Positions 14,745 through 23,762 are shown, counted from the stretch's first letter. The stretch is DNA of 25,517 bases from a virus (IMGVR_UViG_3300020045_006442:1-25517); one strand, 5' to 3'. The notes: generated by a model not told the origin, from the letters alone. Numbers and translations are program-made.

Positions 14745-15212
14745 ATGAAAATGAAAAAGCGCGGATTTTCTGGAATAGGGCTGTATCGGCCTAAAGACCC
14801 GGCAAACGTTGGGTCTGTATTGCGGGCCGCAACCATTTACGGCGCGGGCTTCGTTGCCATCGAAGGCATCAGAGGCAGGGCGCTGAAACATGCTGCGGAT
14901 ACAACGGCGGCATTCAAGCATCTGCCAGTATTCCTGACGGATGATGATTTGCTCATCCATCGCCCGCATGATTGCCAGCTTGTTGTCGTGGACCTGATCC
15001 CCGGCGCAACGCCATTGCCGGACTTCAAGCACCCAGAGCGGGCGATGTATCTTTTCGGGCCAGAGGATGGAACGCTCGGCGTCAAACAGACATCGCAGGC
15101 GCAGCATGTGGTTTATGTTCCTGGAACAACCTGCATGAACCTTGCTGCGTGCGTAAACGTGATCTTGTATGACCGCATGTGCAAGCGCGGCGAGTGGAGG
15201 GCAGCAGCATGA
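14745..15212 (+). CDS. SpoU/TrmH-family (SPOUT) RNA 2'-O-methyltransferase
   Basis: PKDPANVGSVLRAA (motif 1), YLFGPEDGTL (motif 2), VYVPG..CMNLAACVNVILYDR (motif 3). Confidence 0.92.
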   Translation: MKMKKRGFSGIGLYRPKDPANVGSVLRAATIYGAGFVAIEGIRGRALKHAADTTAAFKHLPVFLTDDDLLIHRPHDCQLVVVDLIPGATPLPDFKHPERAMYLFGPEDGTLGVKQTSQAQHVVYVPGTTCMNLAACVNVILYDRMCKRGEWRAAA

Positions 15213-15517
15213 TCGCTCAATCCTTCCGCTACTGGCTGGCAAACCTCATCAGCGGCGGCGAGTTGATGCGTGCGCAATACATGGAGAAAAGTATTCACGG
15301 ATCTGCAGAATTTGCGATGGCCCAAGCCCGCGAGGCCACTGCCAAAGCCTACCAGCTGCAATGCGATTTGAACATCCTGCGCATCGACAACACCAACGGA
15401 TGGCACAACTCCGAGCGCTTCGAAGCCGCCCTCCGCACCATCGCCGCTATGCCCACACCAAAAGCAAACGCCACAGTCCGACGCATGGCTGCTGTAGCAC
15501 GGGAGGCTTTGAAATGA
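15209..15517 (+). CDS. Hypothetical protein (102 aa)
   Basis: GGAGG RBS; ATGA overlaps at both ends. Confidence 0.75.
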   Translation: MIAQSFRYWLANLISGGELMRAQYMEKSIHGSAEFAMAQAREATAKAYQLQCDLNILRIDNTNGWHNSERFEAALRTIAAMPTPKANATVRRMAAVAREALK

Positions 15518-15882
15518 CCGACTTTGATCTAAGCAAAATCACCATGCCGTTTGGCACCCTTCGCGGCAAAATCCGCAGGGCATTGAAGGCGCATTTCGCA
15601 GCTGGCGGGGAGATTGAGGCTCAACTGACAAATGTGGTATGGTATCTGGCCCCAGATCCGGAGTGGGCTGCGCACCGTGTCTACCGCGCCAAGCCACTTC
15701 AACCCGCGCCCCTCAATCATGCAGGGTGCGACACGCCTGCCGTCATATTCGCAGCGGTGCGGGAATGGCAGGAGGCGCGGGTGGCGCTAATGAAGCCTAT
15801 GCCGAGGGAAGATGTGTTTTCCACGCATGATCTGATGCAGGCTGCGATTGAAAAATTGGAAGCCGTGAGGGTGCCGGAATGA
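15514..15882 (+). CDS. Hypothetical protein (122 aa)
   Basis: GGAGG RBS; ATGA overlaps; P.W....VYRAKP motif. Confidence 0.75.
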   Translation: MTDFDLSKITMPFGTLRGKIRRALKAHFAAGGEIEAQLTNVVWYLAPDPEWAAHRVYRAKPLQPAPLNHAGCDTPAVIFAAVREWQEARVALMKPMPREDVFSTHDLMQAAIEKLEAVRVPE

Positions 15883-16301
15883 AACCCACACCAATCACCC
15901 AATTCCGCACCATCACCGCAACCCACGTCATGCCGCCGATGCCACCCAAAAAGCCGCCAGCATACGCCGCACGCCTTGCCCAGCATATCGCGATGGGCAA
16001 CACCCCAGCGCAGGCAATGGCACTGATTGAGAGATCAGAACAACCTGGGGCTGGACGCCTGCCGACAACCACCCCAATCGACATGGGCGGCAAGGGCAAG
16101 CCGCGCCTGAGCATCACAGCGCAGGATCTGGTCATGCCGCACATGACCCGCGACTGGCAGATCATCACGCCTGATCTATCCGCCAAGATTGGCCTGCATC
16201 CCGAAAGCGTTCGCCAAGCCCTCAAGCGCCTATCGCAGGCAGGGCGGATCGAGTGCAAGCGCACCAACGGCTCATCGCCCAGCATGTGGAGGCTGGCGTG
16301 A
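15879..16301 (+). CDS. Protein with C-terminal winged HTH
   Basis: TPDLSAKIGLHPESVRQALKRLSQAGRI...WRL. Confidence 0.7.
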   Translation: MKPTPITQFRTITATHVMPPMPPKKPPAYAARLAQHIAMGNTPAQAMALIERSEQPGAGRLPTTTPIDMGGKGKPRLSITAQDLVMPHMTRDWQIITPDLSAKIGLHPESVRQALKRLSQAGRIECKRTNGSSPSMWRLA

Positions 16302-16687
16302 AAGCAATTCAGCTTGATCATTACGTATTATGCGAGGTGCGCGGACTGACGGTAAATCAGGCAGCTGACTGCCTTGATATTTTGCCGGGGTCCATAAGAG
16401 CCGTGGCAGGCAGATATGGGCTGAAATTCGCGCCTATGCCACACAGCAGAAACCGCAAAGCAATCGTATATCAAGGGGTAGAATATCCATCTCAGGACGC
16501 CTTGGCGCGCGCAACAGGGGTATCAGATGCGACGATATGGTATCATATTAAGCGAGGATCTCTTGACAGGATTAACGCAACCGACGGAAAACGCATCGTG
16601 AAAAAGCGGGAGAAAATTGTAGAGAAGATAAAGCTATCCGCATCACCAAAGGCGGTCGCAAAATACATCAAGTCTAGTGCGACCTGA
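16298..16687 (+). CDS. HTH DNA-binding protein (two HTH-like segments)
   Basis: GLTVNQAADCL...; YQGVEYPSQDALARATGVSDATIWYHIKRG. Confidence 0.65.
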   Translation: MKAIQLDHYVLCEVRGLTVNQAADCLDILPGSIRAVAGRYGLKFAPMPHSRNRKAIVYQGVEYPSQDALARATGVSDATIWYHIKRGSLDRINATDGKRIVKKREKIVEKIKLSASPKAVAKYIKSSAT

Positions 16688-16782
16688 CACTCGAAACAGG
16701 CGGTAAGCGATTAGTGCCGGGTGAGTGAGCGCCCAAACCATCGCAGCCGCGCAAACCCTTCCTCTCAGGGAGAGGCGCGGCG

Positions 16783-16810
16783 TTTACAATACAGCGGAAT
16801 GTGATACGAT
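16783..16810 (+). promoter_or_regulatory. Promoter ahead of the packaging/structural genes
   Basis: TTTACA-16-TACGAT, preceded by a GC-rich hairpin at 16746-16781. Confidence 0.5.
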
Positions 16811-16835
16811 GCCGCCAACAAACGAAGGATAGCAC

Positions 16836-17126
16836 ATGGCAACCGTCATCGTCACAATGCAGCAAGCAGGCGTCCACGGCGCGCAGGGCAATCAACCTGT
16901 AGCATCCCCTCCATATCGCAGCGAAACCATCACATCTAGCGGCACGTCCGCCGCAGGGGCGCTCACAGCACGCACGGGTGAGGTCGCAACCATCTTCTGC
17001 GCCACCGCCGTCTATGCCAACGCAGGGGCCACAGCATCCGCAACCGCTGGCAAATATATCCCGGCAGGCGTTGCGGTTGATATCGGCGTGCCGCGCGGGA
17101 TGGCTGTTAACGTGATTGACGCTTAG
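16836..17126 (+). CDS. Small Ala/Thr/Gly-rich protein, possibly virion-associated
   Basis: AAGGA RBS; beta-rich composition; first late-region gene. Confidence 0.7.
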   Translation: MATVIVTMQQAGVHGAQGNQPVASPPYRSETITSSGTSAAGALTARTGEVATIFCATAVYANAGATASATAGKYIPAGVAVDIGVPRGMAVNVIDA

Positions 17127-17128
17127 AT

Positions 17129-17773
17129 ATGATGGATGGCATGGGAACCATAACGCAGGATCAGTCTGACAAAATCACGGGCTTTCTTGGGCAGCATAGG
17201 TTGTCACCGTGGATGAAATCGCCCCGCCCATACCTAGCGCTGGAAAAGGGCGACGATGGCATCAGCTCCATCGCGGCAATCAACATTGCCTTGAGTGAAG
17301 TGCAGGATTTGTCGGGTGATTTTTCCGACAAAATCCCAGACTGCATGTCAGAGGTTGTGGGCAGATTTATTAGATACATGAACTACCCTACACCAGATGG
17401 GGTCAGAAATTCCGCCGAGTGGAAGCGATTGTTGACCCTCTCAGTTGGTACTGGGCGCGGCAGGGAAAAACAGCGCCTTGACGCCGCGATTGAGTGGATG
17501 TGGGATGTTATCACCCCAACCCACATCAAGCCGGAACTTGAGGCGTTTGCAGTGGGTCTTGATCGGGCCGTGCTTCGTGAGGCACTGAGAACGGCAAGCG
17601 ATGAAATCAAAATGCTTGTGATGCCGCCCAAAAAATTCAAAAGCCTAGGTAGGTATATTTCAGAGGGAGACTATATCTCCGCTGTACTCGTGGCGGGTGC
17701 TTGCGCCTCTCCATATGTAAGAGATGGAAGGGCAAACCCGTGCGATTGCTTAGCTGCCATGATCGAGGCTTAA
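17129..17773 (+). CDS. Hypothetical protein (214 aa)
   Basis: Long ORF filling the gap exactly; SIAAINIAL...IPDCMSEVVG...RNSAEWKRLL. Confidence 0.75.
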   Translation: MMDGMGTITQDQSDKITGFLGQHRLSPWMKSPRPYLALEKGDDGISSIAAINIALSEVQDLSGDFSDKIPDCMSEVVGRFIRYMNYPTPDGVRNSAEWKRLLTLSVGTGRGREKQRLDAAIEWMWDVITPTHIKPELEAFAVGLDRAVLREALRTASDEIKMLVMPPKKFKSLGRYISEGDYISAVLVAGACASPYVRDGRANPCDCLAAMIEA

Positions 17774-17776
17774 GCC

Positions 17777-18169
17777 ATGAGCGATGCGCCTGAAACTACA
17801 GGAGTAAATCAGGATTACTCCACGCGGTTTCAGCCCGGTCAATCCGGCAATCCGGCTGGCCGTCCGAAGGGGTCACGGCACAAGCTGGGGTCTGATTTTC
17901 TTCTGGACCTGCAAGAGATTTGGGCCACGCAGGGCAAGGCCGTTTTGCAGGAGGCGCGCGATGAAAAGCCGATGGAATTTGCAAAAATGGTTGCGAGTAT
18001 CTTGCCAAAGGAGTTGCTTGTTCGCACCGCGCCAGAGGATGAAATGACCGACGATGAGCTTGCAGACACCATTGCCGCACTCGGAGCCGTCGCTGAACGA
18101 CTTAGAGCAGGTCGAAGCAGCATTGCGCAGGCTGATGAGGAGCAAAGATGCCAGAGCCGCACGCAATAG
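17777..18169 (+). CDS. terS: Terminase small subunit (DUF5681-type N-terminus)
   Basis: RFQPGQSGNPAGRPKGSR; directly upstream of TerL. Confidence 0.8.
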   Translation: MSDAPETTGVNQDYSTRFQPGQSGNPAGRPKGSRHKLGSDFLLDLQEIWATQGKAVLQEARDEKPMEFAKMVASILPKELLVRTAPEDEMTDDELADTIAALGAVAERLRAGRSSIAQADEEQRCQSRTQ

Positions 18170-18767
18170 GCTTGCGGCATTCAAGCCGTACCCCAAGCAG
18201 ATGGAATTCTATGCTGCTGGGGCTGTGCATCGGGAGCGGCTGTTGATGGCAGCCAACCAAATCGGCAAAACGTATTGCGGCGCGGCAGAGGTCGCCATGC
18301 ATTTGACCGGGCGCTATCCTGACTGGTGGCCGGGACGCAGATATAACCGCGCGGTGAAATGGTGGGCCGGGTCCGACACATCGGAAACCACGCGGGACAC
18401 GGTGCAAACAAACCTTGTCGGCCCGCCTGCATCAGAAATTGATTGGGGGACGGGCGCTATTCCGGCGGACTCGATTGTCAGCACCAACCGCAGGCAGGGC
18501 GTTGCCAATGCGCTCGATACTGTGTTGGTCAAGCATGTCTCCGGGGGTATCAGCGCGCTGGGCTTCAAGTCCTACGATCAGGGGCGGCAGAAGTGGCAGG
18601 GCGCTGTGCGCGATGGCATATGGCTCGATGAAGAGCCGCCGATGGACATTTACACCGAGGCCCTGACGCGGACTAACACGGTCGAGGACGGCATGATTAT
18701 GCTGACATTCACCCCTCTTATGGGGTGTAGTGACGTTGTGCTGATGTTCATGGACGCAGAGCAATGA
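18054..18767 (+). CDS. terL: Terminase large subunit, N-terminal ATPase part (P22 gp2-like)
   Basis: RERLLMAANQIGKT (Walker A), FKSYDQGR, IWLDEEPP (Walker B), LTFTPLMG (coupling motif). Confidence 0.92.
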   Translation: MSLQTPLPHSEPSLNDLEQVEAALRRLMRSKDARAARNRLAAFKPYPKQMEFYAAGAVHRERLLMAANQIGKTYCGAAEVAMHLTGRYPDWWPGRRYNRAVKWWAGSDTSETTRDTVQTNLVGPPASEIDWGTGAIPADSIVSTNRRQGVANALDTVLVKHVSGGISALGFKSYDQGRQKWQGAVRDGIWLDEEPPMDIYTEALTRTNTVEDGMIMLTFTPLMGCSDVVLMFMDAEQ

Positions 18768-19510
18768 GCCGCCACGTTACCAGCATGACAATTCACGACG
18801 CCCCGCACATATCGCCAGAGCGGCGGCTGGAAATCATTGCTAGCTACCCGCCGCATGAGGTCGAGGCCCGCACTATGGGCATTCCAGTGCTGGGGTCTGG
18901 CAAGATTTATCCCGTGACAGAGGAAAGCATATCGGTCGAAGCCTTCCCGGTGCCAAAGCATTGGGCGCTGATCGGTGGGCTAGACTTCGGATGGGATCAC
19001 CCGACCGCCGCTGTTGAACTGGCATGGGACCGTGACACGGATACGATTTATGTCGGTGCAGTCTATCGCAGGGCAAAGGCCACGCCGCTGGAGCATACCG
19101 CCACGCTGCGGCAATGGGGCGATTTCCCTTGGGCTTGGCCGCATGACGGTCACGCGCAGATGAAGGACGGTGGCAAAACATTCCGAGATCAATACACCGA
19201 GGCGGGGTTAAACATGCTTGCCAGCCATGCCACACATCCAGACGGCGGCTATGGTGTTGAGGCTGGAATTATGGAAATTCTCACCCGTATGCAAACCGGG
19301 AGATTTAAGGTATTCTCGCATTTGGCAGACTGGTGGTCGGAGTTTCGTCTTTACCACCGCAAGGATGGCAAGATACACAAAGAGCGCGATGATATCATGG
19401 ACGCCACGAGAATAGCAGTTATGGCGATGCGGTTCGCGGTGGACGCGGCTTTAATGATGGGTGATGAAGATGAATATGGCCGCAAGCGTAACGCCACCAG
19501 TGGATATTGA
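18764..19510 (+). CDS. terL: Terminase large subunit, C-terminal part with nuclease domain
   Basis: MTIHDAPH...SYPPHEVEART.GIP.LGSG.IY; GLDFGWDHPTA; WPHDG; DDIMDATR. Confidence 0.92.
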   Translation: MSRHVTSMTIHDAPHISPERRLEIIASYPPHEVEARTMGIPVLGSGKIYPVTEESISVEAFPVPKHWALIGGLDFGWDHPTAAVELAWDRDTDTIYVGAVYRRAKATPLEHTATLRQWGDFPWAWPHDGHAQMKDGGKTFRDQYTEAGLNMLASHATHPDGGYGVEAGIMEILTRMQTGRFKVFSHLADWWSEFRLYHRKDGKIHKERDDIMDATRIAVMAMRFAVDAALMMGDEDEYGRKRNATSGY

Positions 19511-21476
19511 CCAGTTTCTGGAACGCATCAAGGCGGTAGCGGAGGCTGACAACCTCGCTGGCAAGATGGCTGATATGGATTTGTCCAAGCTGGGCATGTC
19601 TGTGATCGAGGGCTTTGACATTGACAAAACCTCCATGGCCGAGTGGTGCGAGAGGATGGAGCGGGCGCTTGATCTGGCGATGCTGGTCAAAGAGGAAAAA
19701 ACCTATCCCTGGACCAACGCGGCAAACATCCGCTATCCGCTGATCACATCGGCAGCGCTGCAATACAACGCGCGGGCCTATCCGGCGATTGTGCCTTCAT
19801 CGGATATCGTCAAGGTTTCGGTGCATGGCATGGAGGCCAAGGCCCCGCCGCAACAGCCAGGTATGCCACAAGCACAAGGCCCGGTTGACAGCAAGGCCGC
19901 GCGGGCCAAGCGGGTATCGTCTTACATGACGTGGCAGCTTACCATTGACAGCCGGGAGTGGGAGCGCGGCACCGATCAGTTGACGTTGCAACTGCCTATC
20001 GTGGGGGATCTATTCCGCAAGGTCTGGTGGGATGTATCGACCAATCGCGTGCGCAGTCAAATCCGCCTGCCCGGTCGGCATATCGTGATTAATAACAACG
20101 CCACCACGCTGGGGACTGCGCCGCGCGTGTCCGATCAAATCAGCCTCTATCCGCATCAGGTGCAGACCTATTTCCGCACCGGGCGCTTTATTGAAATCCT
20201 GCTGCCCAAGCGCGGGCAGGATGATCAAGAGCCGGAGCATTTCATCGAACAGTTGTGCCGCCATGATCTGGACGGCGACGGATATGATGAACCCTACATC
20301 GTCACGGTCCACAAAGAGACGCAAAAGGTTGTCCGGGTCATTGCTGCGTATTCGATGGATACGACGCGGATCATGGATAACAAGATCGTCGCGGCTGAAA
20401 TCAATCCATACATGGTGCATTATCAGTTCATCCCGTCGATGGACGGCGGGCTGTTTGGAACTGGCATGGGTTTGCTGCTGGGGGATATCAGCGAGACGAT
20501 CAACGGCACGCTGAATATGATCATGGACAGCGGGCATATGTCGTCGCTGGGCGGCGGCTTTATCGGCGCGCAGAACTTCCGTGTGAAGGGCGGATCGCAG
20601 CGAGTGCAGCCGGGGGAATATCGGCACGTCAATTTCACGGGCGATGATATCCGCAAGGGCATTGTCGATCTGCAATTCCCCGGCCCGTCGCCAGTGCTGT
20701 TTCAGGTTCTCGGCATGATGATCGAGGCGGGGCGCGAAATTACATCCGTGTCCAACGTTATGACGGGAGACGCTGGGCGGCAGAACATGCCTGTCGGAAC
20801 CGTGATGGCCTTGATCGAGCAGGGCCAGATGGTGTTTACCGCGTCCTACAAGCGGATATATCGGGCGCTGCAAGATGAATTTGAGTTGATCGCGCGGCTC
20901 AATCAGCGGTTTCTGTCGCCGGAGCGCTATCAAAATATGCTGGATGAGGACGCTGATCCACAGGCTGACTTTGATCTGAATGATCTGGATATCACGCCAA
21001 TCGCTGATCCGAAGGCTGTCACGTCGATGCAGCGCATGGGTCGCGCACAGTTTCTCTTGGAGTTGTCCAAAGAAGGGCTTGTTGATCCGATGGAGGCTAT
21101 TCGCCGGGTGCTTGACGCGGCGGCGATTGAGGACACTGACGCGTTGATGCCAAAGACCGATCCAATGCAGGCGCAGATGGCGCAGGCGATGATGATGGCA
21201 CAACAGGAAATGGTCATTCTGGATATCCGCATCAAAGAGGCGGAACTGGATGATGTGATTGCGACGACTATGGGCAGGCTGGCCGATGCGTCGAAGGTCA
21301 GCGCGGAAGTGGACCTGATGCCTTTGCGGGCGCGGATTGATCAGATGAAAGAGATGAGGGAGATGCTGAATGCGAGACGCCAACAAATTGAAAGCGGAGG
21401 CGCTGGAGGAATGGCGCGCGCATCCGGTAACAGAACGCCTGCTGGCAATACTGCGGCAGGGGGCAGCGGCCAATAA
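19476..21476 (+). CDS. Portal protein
   Basis: About 670 aa directly after TerL; KTYPW.NAAN..YP, DLDGDGYDEPYIVTV, GT..ALIEQG; Q/M-rich coiled C-terminus. Start uncertain (19461-19476). Confidence 0.88.
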   Translation: MAASVTPPVDIDQFLERIKAVAEADNLAGKMADMDLSKLGMSVIEGFDIDKTSMAEWCERMERALDLAMLVKEEKTYPWTNAANIRYPLITSAALQYNARAYPAIVPSSDIVKVSVHGMEAKAPPQQPGMPQAQGPVDSKAARAKRVSSYMTWQLTIDSREWERGTDQLTLQLPIVGDLFRKVWWDVSTNRVRSQIRLPGRHIVINNNATTLGTAPRVSDQISLYPHQVQTYFRTGRFIEILLPKRGQDDQEPEHFIEQLCRHDLDGDGYDEPYIVTVHKETQKVVRVIAAYSMDTTRIMDNKIVAAEINPYMVHYQFIPSMDGGLFGTGMGLLLGDISETINGTLNMIMDSGHMSSLGGGFIGAQNFRVKGGSQRVQPGEYRHVNFTGDDIRKGIVDLQFPGPSPVLFQVLGMMIEAGREITSVSNVMTGDAGRQNMPVGTVMALIEQGQMVFTASYKRIYRALQDEFELIARLNQRFLSPERYQNMLDEDADPQADFDLNDLDITPIADPKAVTSMQRMGRAQFLLELSKEGLVDPMEAIRRVLDAAAIEDTDALMPKTDPMQAQMAQAMMMAQQEMVILDIRIKEAELDDVIATTMGRLADASKVSAEVDLMPLRARIDQMKEMREMLNARRQQIESGGAGGMARASGNRTPAGNTAAGGSGQ

Positions 21477-21675
21477 AGCGGCGCTGCAAGCCAGCCTATG
21501 GGCTTCGGGATCATGTGATCCGCAGGCGATGGGCAGGGTGAAGGCACAAGAAGAACTGATCGAGGATTTGGAGCATGGAACAAGCGATGACTGGAACAGC
21601 TGGGCAAGCCACTTTGAACACGAGCGGGATATCCCCGGTGGAGTTCAAAATCTTGGTGCTGCCAAAAGAGGTTGA
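21370..21675 (+). CDS. Hypothetical protein downstream of portal
   Basis: GAGGGAG RBS; EEWRAHPVT motif; overlaps both neighbours. Confidence 0.65.
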   Translation: MRDANKLKAEALEEWRAHPVTERLLAILRQGAAANKAALQASLWASGSCDPQAMGRVKAQEELIEDLEHGTSDDWNSWASHFEHERDIPGGVQNLGAAKRG

Positions 21676-21937
21676 GAAGAAAACCAAGGGTGGCTTGCTC
21701 TTGGCGGACAGCACGATTGAGAAGGATGAATTCGGGCGCATGGAAGGGGTTATGATCGCCGCTTCCCCGATGGCGTTCAGATTTGAGGATTGGCCTGATG
21801 ATAACCGCAAGCCACAAGTTGGCGATAGGGTGCTGTTCTCGCGCTACAATGCCGACAAGGTGCTGGGCCGGGATGGCGTCACCTACTGGATCATGAACGA
21901 CAAGTCAGTAATGGCAGTCATGGAGCAAGACGAATGA
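21587..21937 (+). CDS. GroES/Cpn10-like co-chaperonin
   Basis: SPVEFKILV...EKKTKGGLLL...VGDRVLFSRY......YWIMNDKSVMAV. Confidence 0.88.
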   Translation: MTGTAGQATLNTSGISPVEFKILVLPKEVEKKTKGGLLLADSTIEKDEFGRMEGVMIAASPMAFRFEDWPDDNRKPQVGDRVLFSRYNADKVLGRDGVTYWIMNDKSVMAVMEQDE

Positions 21938-22716
21938 CCGATGAAACGCAAACCACGCAACCCGCCGAGGTGGTGACGGAAGCCCCAAAGTGGTCCGCCG
22001 ATACCGAGCAAGAAGCCAAGGCGCTGGGCTGGAAATCCCCGGACGAATGGAAGGGTGAAATTCCATCCGGCTATATTGACGACCCGACAAAATACATCGA
22101 GCGCGCCGAGAACTTCACGCCATTCCGCAAGTTGAAAGAGCGGATGACGGAAGCCGAGCGTAAGGCAGATGATCGCCTGCGCAAGCTGGAAAGCGTGCAG
22201 GAAAAGGCGTTTGAGCGCAAGCTTGCCGAAATCCAAGCCGCCAAGATCGAAGCCGTCGAGACGGGCGACGTTGAAAAGTTCAAGGTGCTGGAAACCCAAC
22301 AGGCGGAGATGCAAAAGCCCGCGCCAAAGGCCGATGAGAACGCCGCGCATGTCGCTGAAATCGAGCGCTGGACCGTGGGCAAGGATTGGTTCAAGTCCGA
22401 TCCGATCATGACGCAGGCCGCAGCCACGCTTTACGGCGAGGCACAAAGCAAGGGTCTGACCGATCCGAAGGCAATTCTCGCAGAGGTTGATCGCCGCATG
22501 GCTGAGACATTCCCGCATAAGTTCGGCGCAGCGCCAGTGGTAAACCGTGGCGCAGAAGTCGAGTTGGGATTGACATTTGGCGGTAACAGCGCTGACCCGT
22601 TTACTAAACTCCCCACAGATGCTAAAGCTGCATTTGCGCGGTATGTCGAAAAGGGTCTGTTCAAAGACACCAAGGAAGGCCGCGCGGCCTATGTGAAGGA
22701 TTACAACGATGCGTGA
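21934..22716 (+). CDS. Probable scaffolding protein
   Basis: EAKALGW.SPDEW; acidic coiled coil; position between portal and capsid genes. Confidence 0.7.
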   Translation: MTDETQTTQPAEVVTEAPKWSADTEQEAKALGWKSPDEWKGEIPSGYIDDPTKYIERAENFTPFRKLKERMTEAERKADDRLRKLESVQEKAFERKLAEIQAAKIEAVETGDVEKFKVLETQQAEMQKPAPKADENAAHVAEIERWTVGKDWFKSDPIMTQAAATLYGEAQSKGLTDPKAILAEVDRRMAETFPHKFGAAPVVNRGAEVELGLTFGGNSADPFTKLPTDAKAAFARYVEKGLFKDTKEGRAAYVKDYNDA

Positions 22717-23137
22717 ACCCGTGGAAAACCAGCGTCGCCGTCGCGTCGATATCGACACCATTGGCAAACGGCTGGCGGTCAACACAACCGCCTTGGACTT
22801 CGGCAAGTTTGTGTATCGCTTTATCAATGACGCCCCCGCCCGCCTGTTCCAGAAAACCCAGCAAGACGATTGGGACTTGGTGACCGCCGAAGGGGCGACG
22901 ATCAAATCCGACAGCACCGATCTGGGCGCTGCGGTTTCTGTTGTGGTTGGAACGAAAGTGGACGGCAGCCCGATGAGGGCTTTCCTTTGCCGCAAGCCCC
23001 GCAAGTTCTACGAAGAAGATGAAAAGAGAAAAGCCGACGATTTGGATGAGCAACTATCGCAGCTACGCCGGGGCAATTCCGCCGCTGGTGAGTTGCAGGG
23101 CGATTATTCCACCTCTGGTGGGATCAAGATTGCCTGA
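22709..23137 (+). CDS. Hypothetical head-module protein
   Basis: YRFIND...RL......W.LV; position in head module. Confidence 0.75.
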   Translation: MREPVENQRRRRVDIDTIGKRLAVNTTALDFGKFVYRFINDAPARLFQKTQQDDWDLVTAEGATIKSDSTDLGAAVSVVVGTKVDGSPMRAFLCRKPRKFYEEDEKRKADDLDEQLSQLRRGNSAAGELQGDYSTSGGIKIA

Positions 23138-23162
23138 ACCCAAAGCCAGAAAGGGCTAACCA

Positions 23163-23762
23163 ATGGCAAACGTTGATACGCCGTTCGGTCTGCGCCCCGT
23201 CCAACATCGGAACGGCGCACCTTACAACGGTTCTGCGAACCCCTATTACATCCCTGCGGCCTACGGCACGGCGCTGTTCATCGGCGATCCTGTTGTGCGC
23301 ACGGGTGCAGTAAACACCGCAAAGGTCGGATCTTACCCGGTTGGCGCGCTGCCTGTCGTGGCAAAGGCCACCGCTGGCACCACCAACGCGGTTACGGGCG
23401 TGATTGTCGGCTTCGTCAGTGATGCCGATGATACGCTGTACAATCCGGCGTCCACCGAGCGCATTGCTCTGGTATGCGACGACCCGGAAGTCCTGTTTGA
23501 AATTCAAGCAGATGGCACCCTGACCCCGGCCGATGTGGGCCTGAACGCGGTGTTGATCTACACCAACGCGGGCAGCACTGTGACCGGGCAATCCGGCGCT
23601 GAGTTGAACACGACCTCGACCGTTCCGGCGACGACCGTAGGTTTTCAGCTGAAAATCAAGCGTTTCGTCAATCGTGAGGATAACGACATGGCCGCATCCA
23701 AGTCGAAAATTCTTGTCGCAATCAACAATTCCAGCGAAGTCGCTGGCACTGTCGGCCTGTAA
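23163..23762 (+). CDS. Probable capsid decoration/minor head protein
   Basis: MANVDTPFGLRP...LFIGDPV...DDP..LFEIQ; directly upstream of the major capsid gene. Confidence 0.65.
   Translation: MANVDTPFGLRPVQHRNGAPYNGSANPYYIPAAYGTALFIGDPVVRTGAVNTAKVGSYPVGALPVVAKATAGTTNAVTGVIVGFVSDADDTLYNPASTERIALVCDDPEVLFEIQADGTLTPADVGLNAVLIYTNAGSTVTGQSGAELNTTSTVPATTVGFQLKIKRFVNREDNDMAASKSKILVAINNSSEVAGTVGL

Noticed and set aside
16690-16781. tRNA-like element ending in ACCA
   Set aside because: No T-loop GTTCRA or cloverleaf could be built; only a GC hairpin at 16746-16781.
18740-18790. Intron or intein interrupting terL
   Set aside because: The two halves abut with no intervening sequence.
20010-23004. Long antisense ORFs (20010..21473, 21883..23004; likewise 6043..6834, 14424..15242)
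   Set aside because: Shadows of GC-rich coding genes on the opposite strand, with no recognisable motifs.
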